Part shown: positions 19,240-26,806 of the stretch, piece by piece
Layout: the number at the start of each line of letters is the position of its first letter
Numbering within the stretch: the first letter of the stretch is position 1
Origin: Smithella sp.
GTDB taxonomy: Bacteria > Desulfobacterota > Syntrophia > Syntrophales > Smithellaceae
Reading direction: 5' to 3'
Length of the DNA: 64,000 nt
Assembly: GCA_012522275.1 (NCBI GenBank)
Contig: JAAYKU010000256.1
Span: 2,639-66,638 of the forward strand
Notes under the pieces: model-generated
Told to the model about the DNA's origin: nothing
The model's database searches: none
What the model saw: only the letters and a program-made list of their open reading frames with translations
Made by a program: the position numbers and the translations under genes

Positions 19240-19953
19240 CTATACTAATTTCCCGATTCTGCTTGTCGAAATCTTGTCCATATCCTGCAGCGTCAAAATA
19301 ATTTTCTGATACGTTTCGAAAGTGCGCTGGATATTGATCATATCCGTCATTTCGCGCACCGCGTTGACGTTGGACATCTCCAGGTAACCACTGTTGACAC
19401 TGAAGCCGGCTGTATTTTTCGGTGCAGCATCTCCACGGTCGATATATCTGCCGTCGGCTGAACGAACCAGCGCCTGCGGGTTGGCAAAGGCCGTCACTTT
19501 GATTTTTCCGACCGGAACTTCGTCCACATAAATCATCCCTTCCTGGTTGATCTTTATTGACTCGCCGTCGATGACGAGCTTGCCTGTATCCCCCAGAACA
19601 TGGTCGCCCTGCGGCGTGACGAGCTCCATGTTCTTGTTGAGCATGAAACTTCCTTCCCGCGTATAGGCTCTTCCCTGCTTTGTTTGAACAGTAAAAAATC
19701 CCTCTCCTTCAATGGCCAGATCAAAGATATTGCCGGTTGTCTGCAATGTCCCCTGAGAAAAATCGATCGCGGATACAGTATGACCCAGCTCAGGAGAGGC
19801 GCCCTGATGTATATTTCTGCCTTTCATGGCATAATACAGGTGTTCCGCCTTGAACCCGGTGGTAGATGAGTTGGCGACATTGTTGGTTACAAAATCAAGC
19901 TCGAGCAGTTTCCTCGCTCCGGCCAGCCCGATATCAGTCACGTCATAACGCAT
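19240..19953 (-). CDS. flgF: Proximal rod protein FlgF
   Basis: Axial-protein N- and C-terminal motifs (NNVANSSTTGFKAE; LEMSNVNAVREMTDMINIQRTFETYQK). The ATG at 19953 is preceded by GGAAAGGAGAGG. The ORF-track extension to 20007 contains the sigma-54 promoter. Confidence 0.9.
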   Translation of the reverse strand: MRYDVTDIGLAGARKLLELDFVTNNVANSSTTGFKAEHLYYAMKGRNIHQGASPELGHTVSAIDFSQGTLQTTGNIFDLAIEGEGFFTVQTKQGRAYTREGSFMLNKNMELVTPQGDHVLGDTGKLVIDGESIKINQEGMIYVDEVPVGKIKVTAFANPQALVRSADGRYIDRGDAAPKNTAGFSVNSGYLEMSNVNAVREMTDMINIQRTFETYQKIILTLQDMDKISTSRIGKLV

Positions 19954-19979
19954 TTGCCTCTCCTTTCCATGAGCTAGTT

Positions 19980-19995
19980 TGCAAGCGATGTGCCA
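19980..19995 (-). promoter_or_regulatory. Sigma-54 promoter of the flgF-flgG-flgA-flgH-flgI-flgJ unit
   Basis: The minus-strand reading TGGCAC-ATCGC-TTGCA is a perfect -24/-12 match, 27 nt upstream of the flgF ATG. Confidence 0.8.
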
Positions 19996-20213
19996 GATAA
20001 CAGGCATGAAGCCGGACCACGGACCGCCGGCGACTTCTTGCGTCTTATCTTATTGATATTACAGATATTATAAAGGCATTTTCGGATAGGATCTTCAAAT
20101 TGGCTCACTTTGCCGGGTCTTTAAAATCCGGTAAGCATCTTTGCCCGTACGGCAATTTTTTACCCCGGGGAATATTTTTCCTCTTTAATGACGCAATGGC
20201 TTTACGGCTATTT

Positions 20214-20504
20214 TTATGAACGCTGATTCTCGTTGAGGGAATAGACAAAGGCGAGTATTTCGGCAACTGCCCGGTAGAGTTCAACCGGAATTTCCGTCCC
20301 CACCTTGAGTTTGCTCAATAACGCGGCAAGCTGCGGGTCGCTTTTAACCGGAATATCGCTTTCCAGGGCAAGCCGGATTATCCTTTCGGCAATTTCCCCG
20401 CGGCCTGAGGCGACAACGGCAGGGGCTGTATTTTTTTCAGCATCGTATTTTACGGCAGCCGCTGTTTTTACCAGCTGCTCAATATTATCTTGCTTCTTTC
20501 TCAT
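20214..20504 (-). CDS. Free-standing FlhB C-terminal (FlhB-CC) homologue, FlhX/YlqH-like
   Basis: The 96-aa protein aligns with the post-NPTH part of this window's own FlhB. AAAVKYDAEKNTAPAVVASGRGEIAERIIRLALESDIPVKSDPQLAALL...ELYRAVAEILAFVY aligns with [49 protein letters not shown]...SLYKAVAEVLAFVY. It has no NPTH motif and no TM segment. Confidence 0.8.
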   Translation of the reverse strand: MRKKQDNIEQLVKTAAAVKYDAEKNTAPAVVASGRGEIAERIIRLALESDIPVKSDPQLAALLSKLKVGTEIPVELYRAVAEILAFVYSLNENQRS

Positions 20505-20513
20505 TTTCCGTCT

Positions 20514-21662
20514 TTAAACAAAATTATTAACAATACCTGACGAACCTAGTAATATTTCATCAATATATTCCATTTTTTTCCGGCTTAGTCCGGTTGCCTT
20601 GAAACAATCGAACCTGTCTACGGCATAGCCGATTGCACACAGGGCGTCTTTGAGTTTTTGCGCTGTCTCACCAATCAGTTGCACACTTTTTTCTGTCTCG
20701 CACTGAATCAGGCAGTTCATCCGGCCTGCCTTGAGCGAGACATCCACCGCAATATGGCCGAGAATGTCCATATCGATAAAAATAACGACGCGACAGAAAG
20801 AAAATTTGTTTTCTCCGCGGGTATTTTTGTCGTCTGGAAATATAAAAATATCCGCCTGACGCAAAACCTGGCCAAGTGCCAGCGGCACCTGCAGATAAAG
20901 TCCGGACTCATTTTGCTGATAGGCAATACTCGCCGCCTGCCGACCCTCTATGCTGCCGAGCGCCCCGGTAACGAAAGATGATAAAGCTGCCAGCCTGGCC
21001 GTCTCCTGCCGGCCTTGTTTCCCCTGCCTTGCCTCTTGCAAAGCTGCTTCCAATTTTAACAAAAGAGCCTTGAGGTTGTCTTTGGGAAGATCTTCAGAAG
21101 GCCTGATGGCTGAACCGGCCGCCGCCGCTGAATCACTTTCCGGTAAAAGGCCGCATCTGGAAAGAAAATCCTTTACGAACATGGAATTGTTTTTTGTACG
21201 GGATGAAAAAATGAGGCCGCCGAAAATCGCCAGCAGAGCATCCGCCTCTTGGGGAGGGAAACCGGGCAGCCCGGTCGTCTTCAGAAGGGATGAAAATTCT
21301 GAAAGTCTTGCCAGGAGCTGCACAAAAGAATCAGGGTTGACGCGCCACTGCAGTAACTGTCCGTTTATTTTAGCTGCCATCTGCTGAGGCGCGGCGTCGA
21401 GCACATTGAACACGATCTGCGGTTGTACGCTTTGCACCCGGACACGGATTTGATCCCCGGCATTGAGCAAAACGGAGCCGGTTGCCCTGAAAGTGGCGTT
21501 TTTGGCGGACATCAGATAGCGGTCGGCGGCAATTTTTTCGATAACGCTGACGGTAATGGTTTCACCCGCCTTAAACTGCGACAGGGGCAGGTTCGTTTTG
21601 GAGGTTACGGAAACTGTTTCCGGCCTGGCGGGCATACCGGGTATTACTGAATTCACTGCCAT
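20514..21662 (-). CDS. FliK-like protein (second copy) with a C-terminal Flg_hook-type domain
   Basis: The C-terminal segment MDILGHIAVDVSLKAGRMNCLIQCETEKSVQLIGETAQKLKDALCAIGYAVDRFDC aligns with the bona fide FliK segment PSLGNLEMDVMVQNGTVRVLLIAENKEVHQTLAANMESLRGSLQNQGLVIERCEV. The N-terminal 250 aa are unrelated. Confidence 0.55.
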   Translation of the reverse strand: MAVNSVIPGMPARPETVSVTSKTNLPLSQFKAGETITVSVIEKIAADRYLMSAKNATFRATGSVLLNAGDQIRVRVQSVQPQIVFNVLDAAPQQMAAKINGQLLQWRVNPDSFVQLLARLSEFSSLLKTTGLPGFPPQEADALLAIFGGLIFSSRTKNNSMFVKDFLSRCGLLPESDSAAAAGSAIRPSEDLPKDNLKALLLKLEAALQEARQGKQGRQETARLAALSSFVTGALGSIEGRQAASIAYQQNESGLYLQVPLALGQVLRQADIFIFPDDKNTRGENKFSFCRVVIFIDMDILGHIAVDVSLKAGRMNCLIQCETEKSVQLIGETAQKLKDALCAIGYAVDRFDCFKATGLSRKKMEYIDEILLGSSGIVNNFV

Positions 21663-22129
21663 CAGGATGTCTCATTTTTTGTCCTGTAGAGGTCGATAAT
21701 CAAGCCTATTTCCGCCTCGGTGAAACCCGTCGCTTCAGCCGCCTGGGCCTGTGAGCATCCTCCTTTGATCATTTCCGCCACGCGGGCGTATTTATCGTCC
21801 ACATTTGATACCAAAGAGAGCTTTTTTTCATCAGAGGCTTCATTTTCTCCATTTTTCTCCAAGAGGGCCTTGACTCTTTTTTCCTTGAGATCGAGTTCGA
21901 GGGCGATTTCCTTGAGGGCAAGACGACTTTTTTCCAGTGCCTCGAGAAAACGGTCGGATGAGGCCTGAGACTCGGCCATAACCGTCTTAAAATCGTTAAT
22001 CATCTCCTTGTGGGACTGGTTCAGGGGGTTTTTCAGATTGGTATTGACACGCCACAGAAGGAAAATAACCGCCAGCAGCAAAACAAGATCGATAATCAGC
22101 TGCAAAATGACGGGGCTGAAGATGTCCAT
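21662..22129 (-). CDS. Membrane-anchored coiled-coil protein with a small C-terminal helix-turn-helix-like module (resembles DUF2802 flagellar-locus proteins)
   Basis: One N-terminal TM segment (ILQLIIDLVLLLAVIFLLW) and a charged coiled-coil middle. The C-terminus is YARVAEMIKGGCSQAQAAEATGFTEAEIGLIIDLY. It is translationally coupled on both sides. Confidence 0.35.
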   Translation of the reverse strand: MDIFSPVILQLIIDLVLLLAVIFLLWRVNTNLKNPLNQSHKEMINDFKTVMAESQASSDRFLEALEKSRLALKEIALELDLKEKRVKALLEKNGENEASDEKKLSLVSNVDDKYARVAEMIKGGCSQAQAAEATGFTEAEIGLIIDLYRTKNETS

Positions 22130-22130
22130 G

Positions 22131-22439
22131 CTATACCTTTATGTTGACATGAGCTCCCTGATCCGGGTCTTCATCCGGATCGTCCGCCGCGGGTGCGCCA
22201 TGAAGAGTCTGCTGCCCGGCGTCGGACTGGCGGTCTTGTCTTTCTTCTTTTCTTCTTAACTTCGTTTTTTGAGCTTCCTCAAACTCTCTGATTTTTTCAC
22301 GCGCCAGCCTGTCTTCTTCAGAAAGCTTCAACTGGAAATATCTCTGCTGCATATCGGCATGCTGCTGCTGGATCTGCTGCACTTTCTCCGTAACGGAAGT
22401 CTGCAAAATCGACGATTGAACATCTATGGCTCTGACCAT
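22131..22439 (-). CDS. Hypothetical 102-aa coiled-coil protein, first gene of the accessory flagellar unit
   Basis: Gln/Glu/Arg-rich helical sequence (KVQQIQQQHADMQQRYFQLKLSEEDRLAREKIREFEEAQKTKLRRKEER) with an acidic Pro-rich tail. No family recognised. Confidence 0.4.
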   Translation of the reverse strand: MVRAIDVQSSILQTSVTEKVQQIQQQHADMQQRYFQLKLSEEDRLAREKIREFEEAQKTKLRRKEERQDRQSDAGQQTLHGAPAADDPDEDPDQGAHVNIKV

Positions 22440-22495
22440 CTTAACCGCCCCGTCTCTTCATGAAATTCCCCCTCTGAAAGAGACTCTCTATCTGA

Positions 22496-22524
22496 TAATC
22501 GTCAATAGTGCAAAATTACTTAAA
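22496..22524 (-). promoter_or_regulatory. Weak sigma-28-like promoter candidate for the 22439-20214 unit
   Basis: The minus-strand reading is TTAAGTAA-N12-GACGATTA (5/8 and 6/8 matches to TAAAGTTT / GCCGATAA). Confidence 0.25.
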
Positions 22525-22543
22525 TTTTAATTAAACCGGCCGC

Positions 22544-23314
22544 TCACCGGCAGGGGATTCTGATTGTAACCGTACTGATTCCATTTTCCCGGTCAAACTC
22601 AACCCGGGCGGAATATTTTTCGAGAATTTCCAGCGCGGCCGAGATGCTTTCGATCCGGTTCGCATCCAGTGTGCCGGATTCCTCGCCACTGTGTTTCATC
22701 AAAACAAAAACATTTTCATCATCATGGCCGGTTGTCAGAGAAAATTCCTTTTTTTCGCTTTTGAGCGCAGCCGCCATGGCAAACCTTATCAGACACCAGA
22801 AACTCAGCGACAACTCGGCCGCATGGCCCTTAAAGTCGGGCACCTCCTTGTCGAAGTCGAGCTTTTTGACGATTTCATGTTTGAAATCCAGATAGAAATC
22901 TGCAAAGCGCATCTCGGCGGCAAGCATCTGTGAAAGGCTGATTCTCTCTTCTTCCTTTGCGGCAAGTGCGTAAAATTTTGTGGACACGTCCCGAAACATC
23001 CCGAAAAAAGATTCGCTCTCGCTGTTTACGGAACGGATATCATTTTTAATTTTCTGTATCTCTTCTAGCAGTGCGCCTGCCGCATCCGGATGCTGTTCGC
23101 TGAGCTTTTTGTTGAGCATATCGATCCTGCGCTCAAGGAGTTTGGAGCGCCCCATGATGCCGTTTAACGGATTTGCAAAATTATGCAAAATACCCGGCAT
23201 CAGCTCCCTGAGGAAGGTTGCGGTGAATTCTTTTTCCAGCAGATGCTGTTGTTTTTTATCTTTTTCCATCCCGGCCTTTGTGCTGATCATCAGCCGCTTT
23301 GCAAGAAAAATCAA
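22544..23314 (-). CDS. Soluble histidine-kinase-like protein with an intact H-box but degenerate ATP-binding boxes (pseudokinase or phosphatase candidate)
   Basis: HisKA-like H-box LHNFANPLNGIMGRSKLL. In the C-terminal HATPase-like fold the N-box Asn, the DxGxG and the GxGxGL positions are not conserved (LIRFAMAAAL; LMKHSGEES; ISAALEILEKYSARVEFDRENGISTVTIRIP). It has no TM or sensor domain. Confidence 0.55.
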   Translation of the reverse strand: MIFLAKRLMISTKAGMEKDKKQQHLLEKEFTATFLRELMPGILHNFANPLNGIMGRSKLLERRIDMLNKKLSEQHPDAAGALLEEIQKIKNDIRSVNSESESFFGMFRDVSTKFYALAAKEEERISLSQMLAAEMRFADFYLDFKHEIVKKLDFDKEVPDFKGHAAELSLSFWCLIRFAMAAALKSEKKEFSLTTGHDDENVFVLMKHSGEESGTLDANRIESISAALEILEKYSARVEFDRENGISTVTIRIPCR

Positions 23315-23321
23315 CTGCCCT

Positions 23322-23972
23322 TCAAATGATCAGATAATTTATAAAATAAACATCCTTGACGCTGCCTTCGCCTAAAATCCCGTCGAGTGCAGAGGTTAAA
23401 TCTTTTTTCAGTTTTTTGCGCTCTTCAAGCGCCCTCAAAGCGACAACACTTCTTGCTCGGGCCGCCTTCAGAATGGCGCTCCGTAAAGCGACATTTTTCT
23501 CCACAAGATCACCTTGCACTCCTGCCGCAACATCAAACGCGATATCGCAAAACAGCACATGCGTGTCTCCCCGCGCGTCTTTTAGGTCGATCATAAAATC
23601 AGTGAAATATACCGTTTCGGTTCTCTCCGGCGCGGCCGCCTGGGGCATCGATACGGACGAATCCTCAAGGGCGGCGCGTTGTTTTACCGGGTCTATTTCT
23701 TGTGTCTGCTGTTGATATTGTGCCGTAATTTGGACGGCCTGCCTTTGGTTTATCGTCCGGCCCACTAAAAACAAGGTTACAGAAACGACAATCACCAAAG
23801 CCACCGCCGCCGACACGCCGACAATGAGCAGCTTGTTTGTCGCCCATCGCCTTATGATTCCGGCCTGTGTCGCCGCGTGAGCATCGTCTGGCGCCTGTGC
23901 GGCGGCAATCGCCTGTTCATCGAGTTCGGGAATGCTTTCCCATAGATCCAGCTTCGCTTTTTTCACTTCCAC
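23322..23972 (-). CDS. FliL-family protein, second paralogue
   Basis: One TM segment, then the FliL core VYFTDFMIDLKDARGDTHVLFCDIAFDV...LRSAILKAARARSV...LKKDLTSALDGILGEGSVKDVYFINYLII. The start is GTG. Confidence 0.7.
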   Translation of the reverse strand: MEVKKAKLDLWESIPELDEQAIAAAQAPDDAHAATQAGIIRRWATNKLLIVGVSAAVALVIVVSVTLFLVGRTINQRQAVQITAQYQQQTQEIDPVKQRAALEDSSVSMPQAAAPERTETVYFTDFMIDLKDARGDTHVLFCDIAFDVAAGVQGDLVEKNVALRSAILKAARARSVVALRALEERKKLKKDLTSALDGILGEGSVKDVYFINYLII

Positions 23973-23981
23973 GGCCTCGCT

Positions 23982-24743
23982 TTACCTGGCAAACTTGACC
24001 ATGCTGCGCAAACGCATGACCGCCTGTGCATGAAGCTGGCAGATACGAGACTCGGTAAGCTCCATCACCCTGCCCGCTTCCTTCATGGTCATTTCTTCAA
24101 AATAATAAAGCGACAAAACGAGTTTTTCTTTAGAAGGCAACTGATCTATCGCCTGCCTCAGTTTGTCCCTGAACTCCATGTCGACCAGCATATTCAGGGG
24201 GTTGCTCTCATTGATTTTCTCCAGCACGTCATTGCGGCTGAACTTCTCGAGATAATCGGGCGGCAGATCTTCTGTGGAAATCAGTGAGACGCACCTGGCC
24301 TCGTCGAGCATCTTGTGATAATCGGCCAGTGAAATGCCCATATGCTGTGCGATTTCCGTTTCTTCAGGCGCTCTGCCAAGCTGTTTTTTCAGCGTGCTTA
24401 TCGCGGCTTCTATTTTATTGTCCTTGCTGCGCGTCGCACGGGGGACCCAGTCTTTGGCCCTTAGTTCATCGAGCACCGCGCCGCGGATACGGAAGCTGGC
24501 GTAGGTTTCAAACTGCACGTTTCTGGATTCGTCGTATTTCTCCAGTGCCGACATCAATCCCATAACCCCGACATTGACCAGGTCTTCCTTGTCTGCCGCA
24601 TCTATGGGAAGCCTGGAGGCCAGCCTGCCGACGATATTCTTCACCAGCGGCGCGTATTTCATGATCAGAGCGTCACGCTCATGTTTACGCGCGGCCTTTG
24701 TTGATGATGTCTTCCCAGAAGAAGTTAATGCTGCCGTTTTCAT
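23982..24743 (-). CDS. fliA: Flagellar sigma factor FliA (sigma-28)
   Basis: Region 2 (YAPLVKNIVGRLASRLP...DLVNVGVMGLMSALEKYD...FETYASFRIRGAVLDELR) and region 4 (LSLYYFEEMTMKEAGRVMELTESRICQLHAQAVMRLR). The start is uncertain: I chose the ATG at 24743 (overlapping the flhG end), while the ORF track extends to 24866. Confidence 0.85.
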   Translation of the reverse strand: MKTAALTSSGKTSSTKAARKHERDALIMKYAPLVKNIVGRLASRLPIDAADKEDLVNVGVMGLMSALEKYDESRNVQFETYASFRIRGAVLDELRAKDWVPRATRSKDNKIEAAISTLKKQLGRAPEETEIAQHMGISLADYHKMLDEARCVSLISTEDLPPDYLEKFSRNDVLEKINESNPLNMLVDMEFRDKLRQAIDQLPSKEKLVLSLYYFEEMTMKEAGRVMELTESRICQLHAQAVMRLRSMVKFAR

Positions 24744-25593
24744 GCTCTTCCACTGTCTCCGAAGAGATTTTTTCCGCGATTTTTTCGAGGCAAACGGCGG
24801 ACGGGCACTTAGGGTATAATTCCGCAAAAGCTTTCTGCTGCCGGACCGCCCCGTTGACTTTTTCATCTAATACGATATAGCCTAAATATTCAATAGTTAA
24901 ATTCAGGAAATGATCCGTCGCACGCGCCAGGCGCGAATATATTTCTTTTCCTTCCGCGGCGCTTTTAACCATGTTGACAATCATGCGGAAACGCTTCTTG
25001 GCGTAGCGCTGGTAGAGGACTTTAATCAGCGCGTAGGCGTCTGTGAGCGAGGTCGGCTCCGGTGTCACCACAACGATGATTTCTTTGGCCGCCATATTGA
25101 AGTACATTACGTTGGAAGAAATTCCGGCGCCTGTGTCGATCAGCATGCAATCAATTTCACCGTTTAGTGTGTTGAGTGCATCGATGAGAGTCAGCTTTTG
25201 TCCGCGTGAAAGGTCGGTCAACTCGGGAAGCCCCGATGCCGAGGGCAAAATTCTGATGCCCCCTGGTCCTTCCACAAGTGTTTCCGTGACCGTTTTTTCA
25301 CCATTGAGCACATGCGACAAATTATAGCGGGGATTTATTCCCAGAATAACGTCGATGTTGGCCAGTCCCGCATCCGCGTCGAGCACCAGTATTTTTTTGT
25401 GTCGCCTGGCCAGCAGATACGCCAGGTTGGCCGCGATGTTTGTTTTCCCGACGCCCCCTTTGCCGCTGGTTATGGAAAGCACCCGCACCTCGCGCGGCCG
25501 CGCGCTGTCGTGCATTGCACGCTTCGGAATTTTTTGCACAAGGTCCTCTTTTCTTTTTATTTCCCGCAACATTGCCGCCTGATCCACCTTCAT
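24685..25593 (-). CDS. flhG: MinD/ParA-type ATPase FlhG (FleN/YlxH)
   Basis: Deviant Walker A ITSGKGGVGKTNIAANLA. It lies between flhF and fliA. Confidence 0.9.
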   Translation of the reverse strand: MKVDQAAMLREIKRKEDLVQKIPKRAMHDSARPREVRVLSITSGKGGVGKTNIAANLAYLLARRHKKILVLDADAGLANIDVILGINPRYNLSHVLNGEKTVTETLVEGPGGIRILPSASGLPELTDLSRGQKLTLIDALNTLNGEIDCMLIDTGAGISSNVMYFNMAAKEIIVVVTPEPTSLTDAYALIKVLYQRYAKKRFRMIVNMVKSAAEGKEIYSRLARATDHFLNLTIEYLGYIVLDEKVNGAVRQQKAFAELYPKCPSAVCLEKIAEKISSETVEEHENGSINFFWEDIINKGRA

Positions 25594-25614
25594 TTCACTC
25601 CTTGCATTGACCGG

Positions 25615-26802
25615 TTATGTCGGCCGTTTGTCTGTATGCGACATGGTGACACCCAGCATCAGAGACGCCATCATCTCCGGTGTTGCCTCTTCGATATCCT
25701 GAGGGACATTCTGCCCGCAGGTAACATACCGGACCGGTTTTTTTGCCCTGGCGATCATATCGTAGAGCATGCCGCATCGTCCGGACTCGTCCACTTTGGT
25801 CACAATTAGATTATCTATGTCCAGATGCTCATAGCCTCTGAAAATATTTGTCAGATAATCCTCGCGACCGGTCGCGTTGAGCAGCAGATTTTTTTCTATG
25901 CCATGATCCGGCAAAACCTGCTGGAACTGGCTTAAATATCCGTCATCATGCCGGGCGCGGCCGGGTGTATCTACAAAAATAACATCCTTGTCGGCAAAAA
26001 CTTCCAGCGCTTTGGCGAACGACTCTTTCGTGGAGGCGCTCTCCAGAGGAATCCCCATGATCCTCGCGTAGGCGCCAAGCTGCTCGGCCGCCGCAATACG
26101 GAAATTATCCACCGTGACAAGTCCGATCTTTTTTCTGTTCATAATGGAATAGCGTGCAGCCAGTTTTGCCAGCGTCGTCGTTTTGCCTACACCGGGCGGT
26201 CCGATAAACATTCTGACCCTCTTTTGCTCAACGTTTTTTTCCTGCTCCGCCAGCGTCTTGCCGATGCACTTCGCGGCGACGGACACGGCCTGTGCCTCAC
26301 TTACCAAAGCGCCCTCCTCTTGCGCCGCGCGGTTGACCTCATCGACAATGCGACAGGCGCCGGCGCGTGAAAAGCCGCTTCCCAGGAGCTTCAGATAGAG
26401 TTTCGAGCTGACATCCTGGGGCATCCTTCCTTTGCTCATACCCAGAACATCGAAAAACAAGTTGATGGTTTCGCGTACTTCCGCCAATTCTCCCGCCAGC
26501 GAATTTTGTCTCTGACCAGCCAGAAGCGAGTTTTTTAAATCCTGAAATTCGCGGCGGATAAGCGCCAGCGCATCTGTCTGGTCAGTTTCAATAAGGCCGC
26601 CCGGCCGCACCGTTTTGGATGTTTTGGGGGTATATTCAAAAGGCTGCGTATGCTCATCGCGCGCCGCCATAACCTCGAACATATCGCGTACTCCCTTTTT
26701 GATTTTACGGGTGGAAAGCACAATAGCGTCGGGCCCCAGGTCTTTTTTGATCCTGTTCATGGCCTCCAGTATTGAAGTGACTTCATAGCGCTTTACTTGC
26801 AT
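25615..26802 (-). CDS. flhF: SRP-type GTPase FlhF
   Basis: G motifs GPPGVGKTTT, DTPGR and TKVDE. The ATG at 26802 comes right after the flhA stop; the ORF-track start of 26877 would overlap flhA. Confidence 0.9.
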   Translation of the reverse strand: MQVKRYEVTSILEAMNRIKKDLGPDAIVLSTRKIKKGVRDMFEVMAARDEHTQPFEYTPKTSKTVRPGGLIETDQTDALALIRREFQDLKNSLLAGQRQNSLAGELAEVRETINLFFDVLGMSKGRMPQDVSSKLYLKLLGSGFSRAGACRIVDEVNRAAQEEGALVSEAQAVSVAAKCIGKTLAEQEKNVEQKRVRMFIGPPGVGKTTTLAKLAARYSIMNRKKIGLVTVDNFRIAAAEQLGAYARIMGIPLESASTKESFAKALEVFADKDVIFVDTPGRARHDDGYLSQFQQVLPDHGIEKNLLLNATGREDYLTNIFRGYEHLDIDNLIVTKVDESGRCGMLYDMIARAKKPVRYVTCGQNVPQDIEEATPEMMASLMLGVTMSHTDKRPT

Positions 26803-26806
26803 AGAG

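Noticed and set aside
19954-20007. N-terminal extension of the flgF ORF (MPVIWHIACKLAHGKERQ)
   Set aside because: It encodes the sigma-54 promoter TGGCAC-ATCGC-TTGCA and the RBS. The real start is the ATG at 19953.
20004-20019. Sigma-54-like TGGTCC-GGCTT-CATGC upstream of flgF
   Set aside because: The GC of the -12 element is displaced by one base, and a perfect promoter lies 10 nt downstream.
20151-20166. GG-N10-GC match GGGGTA-AAAAA-TTGC
   Set aside because: Only the invariant dinucleotides match. It lies 200 nt from any start codon, and a far better promoter is present downstream.
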